From the NCBI GenBank assembly GCA_029267355.1, contig JAJUJA010000001.1:51099-115098 (forward strand): DNA of 64,000 nt, in the 5' to 3' direction. The notes under the pieces are model-generated. The model worked only from the letters and a program-made list of their open reading frames with translations, searched no databases and was not told the origin of the DNA. The DNA comes from Elusimicrobiota bacterium (GTDB lineage: Bacteria; Elusimicrobiota; Elusimicrobia; Elusimicrobiales; UBA9959). The position numbers and the translations under genes are program-made. This document shows positions 26,429 to 34,044 of the stretch, piece after piece. Numbering within the stretch: position 1 is the first letter of the stretch; each line of letters begins with the position of its first letter.

Positions 26429-26620
26429 ATGAAAATCAACGATATTTTAAGGCTTATGGCCGGTTTTTTTACGCTTCTCAGCCTTATTCTGGCCCATTAT
26501 ATAAGCCCGAAATTTCTCTGGCTGACCGCTTTCGTCGGGCTTAACCTGTTTCAGTCAGGCATAACCAAATGGTGTCCGGCGATGTGGATATTAAAAAAAC
26601 TCGGCTTCACTGATTGCTGA
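26429..26620 (+). CDS. DUF2892 (YgaP C-terminal-like) small membrane protein
   Basis: MKINDILRLMAG... and GLNLFQSGITKWCPAMWILKKLG match the DUF2892 signature. The internal start is preferred over 26402. Confidence 0.7.
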   Translation: MKINDILRLMAGFFTLLSLILAHYISPKFLWLTAFVGLNLFQSGITKWCPAMWILKKLGFTDC

Positions 26621-28283
26621 GCTGACTTCCGCTTAATTCTCTGTCTATCAGAAGGCAAAGCTTGTCTGCATCATAAGGCTTTTTTATGACAGTTGCCTTT
26701 TTGTGCGCATATACCTTTATCTCTTCATCATCGTAGCCGGTGATAACTATAAACCTCAAATCTCTTCCCGAAAATAAAGCCTTTTCCATCAAGTCCCATC
26801 CGTTTCCATCTTTCATAACCATATCAGTCAAAACCAGTTCTATATCCTTATGCCTGCTGATTATATCAAGTGCTTCACATACTCCATTTGCGCAGTAGAC
26901 CCTGTATCCTCTTTCTTCGAGTATTCTCTTATTTATTTTATTCAGCGATTCCTCGTCATCGGCTATCAATATGCCGGCTGAACGCTTTTTAAAGAGGGAT
27001 ATTGCGGCTTCTTCTTTCTCTTGCCTGGTATTTTCATTTAAACAGGGCAGCGATATCAAAAACTCGCAGCCTTCATTTGGAGCCGTTTTTACGGATATAT
27101 CTCCGCCGTATTTGCTGATTATGGAATAAACCGTGGAAAGTCCAAGACCTGTACCGTTATTTTTTCCTTTTGTGGTGAAAAACGGCTCAAATATTTTCTT
27201 CTTCACTTCTTCGCTCATTCCAATGCCGGTATCCTTGAAAGAAATGATCACATTTTTAGAGGGAAGGTTCTTGTTTTTATCAAATGCCTCCTCTTCATAG
27301 ACACCTATGAATATTTTTCCGCCGTTCGGCATAGCATCTTTGGCATTTACAGACAAATTCATTATCACCTGCTCCAGCTCTGTTTCATCAATTAAAGCAT
27401 ATGCACGAGGGGACATCTCCACTATTTTCAGTTCTATGTTCTCACCTATTATTCTCCTTATGAACTTTTCAAGGGAAAAAATAGCATTTGAAATATTAAG
27501 CACCTGCGGATTTCCGATTTTTTTCTTGCTGAAATTAAGCAGGTGTCTGGTAAGCCCTGCGCCCTTTTCGGCAGCCTTTTTGATTTCCAGTATATCTTCC
27601 TTCAAAGTTTCGGTATAGGGATTTTCAGCCAGGAAAGTGGCATAGCCGAGTATTACGCCAAGCACATTGTTGAAATCATGGGCTATGCCGCCGGCTAATC
27701 TTCCTATGGCTTCCATTTTCTGCGCCTGCAGAAATTTTTTCTCAAGTTTTTTTTCGGAGGTTATATTCTGAGCGGACAGCATTACTATTTTCTTGTCCTG
27801 GAAATAGAAAAGGTAAAACCTGTACCTTATATGAAACTCCTCGCCGTTTCTAATTTCGCTTTCCTCAAATGTCAAACCTTTTTCATCTTCATACAAAGAC
27901 ACTTCACTAAATTTATTTTTCAAATCAGAACTGAAAAAAGATTCCTTATAGATATTGGAATTTTTTAACATTTGCGGAAAAATCTCTTTAAAGGATGAAT
28001 TGAAGGTTATAACCACGCCTTCAACTTCAAACAAAGCCATTCCGTATCCGGAAGCTTCAATATACTTTTTCATGAATACGCTTTCTATTAGGAAGCTTCT
28101 GGCCTTTGCTACATCATTCCTGCTGCCCTTGAGAAAAAATCCGTTCTTGAAAAGATTTCCGGATATATCTATAAGGCCCAAAAGGCTGTCAATCTCAAAC
28201 TTGTATTTTTCAAGCTGCAGCTTGAGATTGATATTTTCTCTTTTAAGAAAATTTATTTTTGCTTCTTCACAATCCAATTGCAT
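26607..28283 (-). CDS. Hybrid sensor histidine kinase (coiled-coil/PAS - HisKA - HATPase - receiver)
   Basis: H-box GGIAHDFNNVL, N-box NLSVNAKDAM, G-boxes DTGIGM and GTGLGLS. The C-terminal receiver has ILIADDEE...TDMVMKDGNG...KKPY. Confidence 0.9.
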   Translation of the reverse strand: MQLDCEEAKINFLKRENINLKLQLEKYKFEIDSLLGLIDISGNLFKNGFFLKGSRNDVAKARSFLIESVFMKKYIEASGYGMALFEVEGVVITFNSSFKEIFPQMLKNSNIYKESFFSSDLKNKFSEVSLYEDEKGLTFEESEIRNGEEFHIRYRFYLFYFQDKKIVMLSAQNITSEKKLEKKFLQAQKMEAIGRLAGGIAHDFNNVLGVILGYATFLAENPYTETLKEDILEIKKAAEKGAGLTRHLLNFSKKKIGNPQVLNISNAIFSLEKFIRRIIGENIELKIVEMSPRAYALIDETELEQVIMNLSVNAKDAMPNGGKIFIGVYEEEAFDKNKNLPSKNVIISFKDTGIGMSEEVKKKIFEPFFTTKGKNNGTGLGLSTVYSIISKYGGDISVKTAPNEGCEFLISLPCLNENTRQEKEEAAISLFKKRSAGILIADDEESLNKINKRILEERGYRVYCANGVCEALDIISRHKDIELVLTDMVMKDGNGWDLMEKALFSGRDLRFIVITGYDDEEIKVYAHKKATVIKKPYDADKLCLLIDRELSGSQLSNQ

Positions 28284-28361
28284 ACTCTATAAAGTTATCA
28301 GTTTTTTTGACAAAAAATTTAGGCTTTCTTGAGCCTGTTTTTAGAGTCTTGACCTATATCA

Positions 28362-28389
28362 TTGACAAGGAGAAGTTTTTTTTTATAGA
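28362..28389 (+). promoter_or_regulatory. Possible promoter giving a near-leaderless transcript of the response-regulator gene
   Basis: TTGACA-N16-TATAGA ends 6 nt before the ATG at 28396, and there is no SD upstream. Confidence 0.3.
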
Positions 28390-28395
28390 TTTCCT

Positions 28396-28758
28396 ATGAA
28401 ATTGATGAACAAAGAAATTTTGATAGTAGACGACGACGATACCTTCAGGAGATTTATTGTACGAGCCCTGGCTTCCAGGGGCGCCGCGGTGGAGGATTGC
28501 TCCACACCTTCCTGCGCCATAGAAAAGATAAATGAAAAATTTTTTCCGCTTGTGATCTGCGACATTATGATGCAGGAAATGAACGGAATAGAGCTTGCCG
28601 AGAAAATTATTGAAAAAAGGCCGAAAACAAAGTTTATTTTCATATCAGGATATGTTGACAACATATCTGATGCTCCGCAGCATCTCAAAGACAGGTCCGT
28701 CTTTTTGTCTAAACCTTTTTCGCCGCAGGTCCTTGAAAGCAAAATTAACGAGCTTTGA
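28396..28758 (+). CDS. Single-domain response regulator (receiver only)
   Basis: ILIVDDDD...CDIMMQEMNG...SKPF. Confidence 0.9.
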   Translation: MKLMNKEILIVDDDDTFRRFIVRALASRGAAVEDCSTPSCAIEKINEKFFPLVICDIMMQEMNGIELAEKIIEKRPKTKFIFISGYVDNISDAPQHLKDRSVFLSKPFSPQVLESKINEL

Positions 28759-29797
28759 TCTTTCCCTTTTCCCTGTATATTATAGACAATATCTGCGCTA
28801 TGGCCCTGTAAAAGACGGGATTTATCTCTTCCCCCGGCTCGCACATCCTGTAAAGCGCCCTTGCCAGAGGCGGATTTCTTTTCACCGGAACACCGCTGGC
28901 TTTTGCTATGGATATTATTTTTAAAGCCAGGGAGCCGACGCCCTTGGCAATCACGACCGGAGCCCGCATAGATCTTCTGTCGTACTTAAGAGCAACCGCA
29001 TAGTGTGTGGGGTTGACTATAACAGCGTCTGCGCCGGACACCTCATGCAGCTTGTTTCTTTTTGAAAATTGTCTCATCAATGACTTAATCTTGCCCTTTA
29101 CAAGAGGATTTCCTTCAGACATCTTAAACTCCTCCTTGACCTCCTGCTTGGTCATTTTTATCCTCTTGTTATAGGAAAATATTTTATATCCCATATCCGC
29201 TATAGATATAAGCAGATATGCCGCGCCGACCTTAAAAATCACTGACTTGAAGGAATCCAAAAATGAATATATCATGGTCTGAGCATCCATGGATTGAAAT
29301 AAAATTATATCCGGCATTTTCTTTTTGACCTCAAGGTAAAGTATCGCGGTCAAAATAAAGGCTTTGGCAAAAGTTTTAGCCGTTTCAAATATTTTTTCCG
29401 CAGAGAAAAGCCTGGAAAAGTTTTTTAAAAAATTCAGATTTTCAAATTTTAAGCTTATCTGCCTGAAGGTGTAGCCGGACGGTATAGCCGAAAAGGCAAG
29501 CGAAAGAACGCATAAGATCAAACCTAAAGGCAGGGCTGAAAAAGCGAATATTTTAAGGGCTTCATTTATGTAAAGCAGCCAGTTCTCCGGCGCACCGGAT
29601 ATTGACCCTAAAAAAAACTTTTCCGCTGATATAAATTTTCTGCCTATTCCTTCGGCAATTTTGAAAAAAGCGTAAAAACCGCACAGCAAAACGCAGGCGG
29701 AGACAAATTCCGGACTTCTGGCAACCTCGCCCTTTTTTCTAAGGTCGGATTTTTTTTTGCCTGTAGGTTTTTCCGTCCTTTCGCTTAAATCTGACAT
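28745..29797 (-). CDS. flhB: Flagellar export apparatus protein FlhB
   Basis: SERTEKPTGKKKSDLRKKGEVARSPE at the N-terminus and the NPTH autocleavage site (VNPTHYAVAL). Confidence 0.95.
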   Translation of the reverse strand: MSDLSERTEKPTGKKKSDLRKKGEVARSPEFVSACVLLCGFYAFFKIAEGIGRKFISAEKFFLGSISGAPENWLLYINEALKIFAFSALPLGLILCVLSLAFSAIPSGYTFRQISLKFENLNFLKNFSRLFSAEKIFETAKTFAKAFILTAILYLEVKKKMPDIILFQSMDAQTMIYSFLDSFKSVIFKVGAAYLLISIADMGYKIFSYNKRIKMTKQEVKEEFKMSEGNPLVKGKIKSLMRQFSKRNKLHEVSGADAVIVNPTHYAVALKYDRRSMRAPVVIAKGVGSLALKIISIAKASGVPVKRNPPLARALYRMCEPGEEINPVFYRAIAQILSIIYREKGKIKAR

Positions 29798-29801
29798 AAG
29801 A

Positions 29802-30554
29802 TCAGGCCGCCAAAATGGAGTTCAGGAGATTGAATATATCGCCGAAAACACCTTCGCAAAAGGGAATAAAGGAATATAAAAGAAAACTGACTCCGCCGAC
29901 CGCAACAAGAAATCTTATAGGCTGACCCAGTATCATCAGATTGGCTCCGGGCATTATCCTTGAAAAAAAACCAAGAAAAACTTCGTTTAAAAGGAGGACA
30001 AAAATCAGCGGCGCCGAATATTTCACGGCCATGAAAGCGAAAGATGACAAACTGCCGGCCGCCCCATAAAGCCTGCCGGCATCCAGAAAATTTCCGAAAG
30101 GCAGCACATAGAAACTTTGATCCAGAAGTTTCAGGCACCATATATGCCCGTTGAGGCTCAGGAATACAACTATCCCCAAAAGCTCAAAGAATGAAGAGAA
30201 CAAAGTGCTGCTTTCCCCGGAGGAAGGATCCATTACCTGAGACATTGAAAATCCGCCCTGAAAGTCTATCATTCCTCCGGCCAGAGAAAAGGTGAAAAAA
30301 CCTATTCTTACCGCAAATCCCAGAAGCAAGCCGTTGATAATTTCCGCAGCCAGAGAAATTATCCTGTAATCCTGGGGAATCAAAAAAAATTTATGATTGC
30401 TGCCTAAAAAAACCGCCATGGCCAGGGCAAGAATTACCTTAAGTATGCCTGGACTTGAAGAACGGATAAAAACCGGGGAGGCAATGACAAATCCCATGCA
30501 TCTGAGAAAGGCATAACCGTAATTTATGAGGTTTGTATTTATTTGATCAAACAT
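29802..30554 (-). CDS. fliR: Flagellar export apparatus protein FliR
   Basis: Polytopic membrane protein in the fliQ-fliR-flhB position. The start MFDQINTNL is preferred over 30587. Confidence 0.88.
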   Translation of the reverse strand: MFDQINTNLINYGYAFLRCMGFVIASPVFIRSSSPGILKVILALAMAVFLGSNHKFFLIPQDYRIISLAAEIINGLLLGFAVRIGFFTFSLAGGMIDFQGGFSMSQVMDPSSGESSTLFSSFFELLGIVVFLSLNGHIWCLKLLDQSFYVLPFGNFLDAGRLYGAAGSLSSFAFMAVKYSAPLIFVLLLNEVFLGFFSRIMPGANLMILGQPIRFLVAVGGVSFLLYSFIPFCEGVFGDIFNLLNSILAA

Positions 30555-30817
30555 ATTTGGGGTATAAGCAAAAATAGCTGCGCGCAATATTTGGCGAGGG
30601 AATTAAGAATCCATGGCCCGAAGAAAAAAATTGAAACCGACACCGCTGCCAATTTAGGCACGAAAGCCAGAGAGGCATCCTGAATTTGCGTAACGCTTTG
30701 GAAAATTCCTATCAGCATTCCAATGACCACGGCAAAAGCTAGTATCGGCAGTGATATCTTTATGCCCAGAATTACGGCCTGCTGAAAAAGCGAAATGAAA
30801 GCGGAAGATTCGCTCAT
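30539..30817 (-). CDS. fliQ: Flagellar export apparatus protein FliQ
   Basis: A 92-aa protein with two TM helices. It has the IFQSVTQIQDASLAFVPKL motif. Confidence 0.9.
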   Translation of the reverse strand: MSESSAFISLFQQAVILGIKISLPILAFAVVIGMLIGIFQSVTQIQDASLAFVPKLAAVSVSIFFFGPWILNSLAKYCAQLFLLIPQICLIK

Positions 30818-31920
30818 AAATTGAAACTCCTGTAAAGTCCGCCAAGCACAAGATTCCAGCCGTCAGTTAATATAAAAATCAGCAGTTTGATAGGCAGGGA
30901 GATCATCGCAGGCGGTATCATTATCATGCCCATGGACATAAGCACGGAGGAAACTACCATATCTATCAGTATAAAGGGAATAAATATCAAAACTCCTATT
31001 TGAAAGGCAGTTTTAAGTTCGCTTGTTATGAAAGCAGGAATAAGAACTGAAAGGGGAATTTCTTTTGCATTCTCTATCTTTGACATTTTGACGAAATTTT
31101 CAAGGTCATTTTTTCTTACATTGTCATACATAAATTTCCTTATTACAGGCGAGGCATTTTCAAAGGCCCTCCTGTAGGATATCTGTCCCTTCAAATACGG
31201 ATCTACAGATTTCAGTTTCAGCTCCTCCACCTGAGGCCGCATTATAAAAAAGGTCATAAACAGGCTGAGTCCGGCTATTATCTGATTTGAAGGTATCATG
31301 GGAAGCCCTATGGCATGCCTTAAAAGGGAAAGAGAAATCACTATTCTGGTAAAGGGCGTCATCATCAGTATTATGGCAGGAGACACAGCCAGAACTGTCA
31401 GGGCGATAAACATGCTTATAAACGAAGAATTGCCGGTTTTTATTATCATTTCTGAACTGTCGGCGGCAAAGGCCCCTCCGGAAAGAACAGCCAGCAAAAG
31501 CGCGCACATTCCCGCAACCTTTAAAAATGGAATTGAATCCTTTTCTTTCTCAGTCAGTTTCACTTCTTCATTTTTTTCGGCAGCAGCCTCTTCCCCATCC
31601 AGATTAGCTATTACATTGACGCTGCTGGCATTTTGAGACAGTAAAAAATATTTATTTCTGGCCTTGAGAGTAAAAATATAAAGTCCCCTGCCTACGCTTA
31701 TCCTTGAACCTATCTGCAATTCACCGGCTTCAAAGGCGCTTTTTTTAGCCGTCTTGAATTTGACTGCCAGAAAATATATTAAAAGTCCCAGGCCGGCAAG
31801 TTTCAAAGCCTGCAAAACGCCCTCGGTAAATACAGCATCCTGATAAAAAAACAATTCAGTCATTGACACTATTGCCAGGCCGGCGGAAAATGTCAGCATT
31901 ACCATTCTCTTTCTGCTCAT
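30814..31920 (-). CDS. fliP: FliO-like N-terminal module fused to flagellar export protein FliP
   Basis: The C-terminal ~250 aa is FliP (PAIILMMTPFTRIVISLSLLRHAIGLPMIPSNQIIAGLSLFMTFFIM). The N-terminal ~125 aa has a TM helix plus ELQIGSRISVGRGLYIFTLKARNKYFLLSQNASSVNVI, a FliO-type pattern. Confidence 0.88.
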   Translation of the reverse strand: MSRKRMVMLTFSAGLAIVSMTELFFYQDAVFTEGVLQALKLAGLGLLIYFLAVKFKTAKKSAFEAGELQIGSRISVGRGLYIFTLKARNKYFLLSQNASSVNVIANLDGEEAAAEKNEEVKLTEKEKDSIPFLKVAGMCALLLAVLSGGAFAADSSEMIIKTGNSSFISMFIALTVLAVSPAIILMMTPFTRIVISLSLLRHAIGLPMIPSNQIIAGLSLFMTFFIMRPQVEELKLKSVDPYLKGQISYRRAFENASPVIRKFMYDNVRKNDLENFVKMSKIENAKEIPLSVLIPAFITSELKTAFQIGVLIFIPFILIDMVVSSVLMSMGMIMIPPAMISLPIKLLIFILTDGWNLVLGGLYRSFNL

Positions 31921-32228
31921 TTTCTTGCTTCCTCCAGTTTAAGTATCCTTATGCCGGAAAATTCCTCAAGCATTACCATTTCACCCTCTCCTATTTTTTT
32001 GCCGTTGGCAAATATGCCCACAGGTTCCTGAGGCGACTTGTTCAAACTTATGACAGACCCCGTTTCTATTGACAAAAGCTCGGAAAATGGAATTCTGACC
32101 CTCCCCAGCTCAACTGAAACCTCAACAGGAACATCGGACAGCGCTTCCTTGGATATTTTTTGCCTTGATTCCGGAGAAACCGCGCCCTGAACCGTATTTT
32201 CTTTTTTATTCTCTATGACATTTTCCAT
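31917..32228 (-). CDS. fliN: Flagellar motor switch protein FliN
   Basis: SpoA domain: VPVEVSVELGRVRIPFSELLSIETGSVISLNKSPQEPVGIFANGKKIGEGEMV. Confidence 0.9.
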   Translation of the reverse strand: MENVIENKKENTVQGAVSPESRQKISKEALSDVPVEVSVELGRVRIPFSELLSIETGSVISLNKSPQEPVGIFANGKKIGEGEMVMLEEFSGIRILKLEEARK

Positions 32229-32236
32229 TCTGCCTC

Positions 32237-33040
32237 CTAATTTATTTTTACCGCCAGCTTTCCCCTGTCCATGCCGAGGGTGCCTTCCAGAACAGGGCCG
32301 TTATCAAACCTGATCCTGACGCTGTCGGGTCTTTCTTTTTCAAATTTTATTGTATCACCGGCTTTCAACTTATCTACGTCCTTAATGGTCATAAGACATG
32401 AGTAAACCTCTATGCTGGCTTCCATGTCTATAAGATCAGGATTTATCCTTTTCCCGCCAGCCTCCTTTTTTTCCTCAATTATTTTTTTTACATCGGCCTT
32501 CTCTATTTCCTCCTTGAAATGTTTGACCGGCATCCAGAAGGAAAAAACGCTCTTAGAATCAGAAAAAGACAATTCAAAAGAAGAATATAAACACAGGGGA
32601 TTTCCTCCTTCAAAGGCTTCCTCCTGAGGATTTTTGGAAAAATGCGCAAAAATATCGCTATTCTTAAAGGACATTCCAAAAACATCTCTCAAATATGAAG
32701 AAAACACTTCTTTTGCGAAAAGATTTACAAATATGTTTTTTTCCATATTGCTGATGAAATCTTCATCTTTGGCCTCCAGGCGCCCTTCTAGAAATTTAAG
32801 GCATATCGCCTTCACAAGCCTGCTCTCAAAGAAGCAGGCGGCCTTTTTTTCATTCAATTTTAAGAGCAGATATAAAGATCTTTCATCCTCCCTGAAGTCC
32901 TTCAATCCGGCTTCCAGTGAGAAAACCTTCACTTTTTCAAGTAGTATATCGGATATTTTTTCCTGAAGTTTTCTCTGATAATTGACATTCAAGGTCTTTA
33001 TATCCGAGAAATGACTTCTTTTTTTTGAATTGCTCTTCAT
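32237..33040 (-). CDS. fliM: FliM-like flagellar switch protein (short, lacks canonical N-terminal CheY-P docking motif)
   Basis: It sits immediately upstream of fliN. It has a C-terminal SpoA-like domain (IKDVDKLKAGDTIKFEKERPDSVRIRFDNGPVLEGTLG). It is 267 aa with no LSQxEIDxLL-like segment. Confidence 0.6.
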   Translation of the reverse strand: MKSNSKKRSHFSDIKTLNVNYQRKLQEKISDILLEKVKVFSLEAGLKDFREDERSLYLLLKLNEKKAACFFESRLVKAICLKFLEGRLEAKDEDFISNMEKNIFVNLFAKEVFSSYLRDVFGMSFKNSDIFAHFSKNPQEEAFEGGNPLCLYSSFELSFSDSKSVFSFWMPVKHFKEEIEKADVKKIIEEKKEAGGKRINPDLIDMEASIEVYSCLMTIKDVDKLKAGDTIKFEKERPDSVRIRFDNGPVLEGTLGMDRGKLAVKIN

Positions 33041-33060
33041 ACTCTATTTCCCTGCCTGCT

Positions 33061-34044
33061 TCAACGGCAAAAAGCCGGTAATCCCTCCGGCTTTTTCAAA
33101 AGCGCATTTTTGAAATCGCCGTGAAGCGTTTTTTTAGGATTTGCCTCAATCGCAATTTCTCCTGCTCTCATCAATGTTAAGCCCATAAGCGGCATTTTCA
33201 GGCAGAAAACCGTTTCCAATGCAGAAAACAAGGAGGGTGCTTCATCATAGTGAGTAAGCACGGCCGCTCCGGGAGAAAAAAGTCCGTAAAAAGAAAGAGT
33301 TTCCTCAACAGATTTGTTTAGCCCCGCCTTATGGCAAAGGAAAAAATTCACCTTTTCATTCTCCATTATTTCACAGGCTTCATTTTCAAAGCCATTTTCA
33401 TTCTTTATTCTAAGTTCGGCAAGCACCGGCATATCTTTTTCATATTTGCCGGCCTTTTTATAAAAATCTTCCGCATTATCTGAGCCCAAAAATGTTATAT
33501 CGCGCTCTTTGGCGAATTTTTTAATTTTGAAAAAATCGTTCTCTCCGCAATAGTCGAGAACGCCAAGACAAAATTTCCTGTTTTCGGCCAGCATTTTTTC
33601 CGCCATAGCCAGTATAAATGACGTTTTGCCCGCCCCTCTCCTTCCGGAGAAAAAACATATCCCGATTTCTGGAAAGAAAAAGTCTTCGCGCACATATTTT
33701 TCAAAAAAATCTTCGGCCTTTCCTCCGCCGCTCAAAATATCCCCGGCTATTCCAATGAATTTTTCCGAAACTCCTGGGATGAAGCGTTTTTCGGTTTCTT
33801 TCGCCTCTATTTTTTTAAGCTCATCCAGAGAGTTTCTTATCTGCCTTATCTGCTCGCTTATTTTTTCAAGAGAATGCTCATTCTGCTTTTTCATGGCCGT
33901 TATTCTTATCTTCTCTTTACCCAGCCCCATAAATCCCCTGACTTTTTTGGTATCAAGTATAACGGCATCTGGTCCCATGGCGCTTTTCACCATTCCAAGC
34001 GCCTCTATCACTCCGGAAGACTCAAAAACGCATATATTATCCAT
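33061..34044 (-). CDS. flhF: FlhF-like SRP-type GTPase (degenerate G motifs)
   Basis: FlhF-type N-terminus (GVIEALGMVKSAMGPDAVILDTKKV). P-loop SGRRGAGKTS. THYDE replaces TKLDE. No DTAG motif is visible. It lies downstream of flhA. Confidence 0.7.
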   Translation of the reverse strand: MDNICVFESSGVIEALGMVKSAMGPDAVILDTKKVRGFMGLGKEKIRITAMKKQNEHSLEKISEQIRQIRNSLDELKKIEAKETEKRFIPGVSEKFIGIAGDILSGGGKAEDFFEKYVREDFFFPEIGICFFSGRRGAGKTSFILAMAEKMLAENRKFCLGVLDYCGENDFFKIKKFAKERDITFLGSDNAEDFYKKAGKYEKDMPVLAELRIKNENGFENEACEIMENEKVNFFLCHKAGLNKSVEETLSFYGLFSPGAAVLTHYDEAPSLFSALETVFCLKMPLMGLTLMRAGEIAIEANPKKTLHGDFKNALLKKPEGLPAFCR

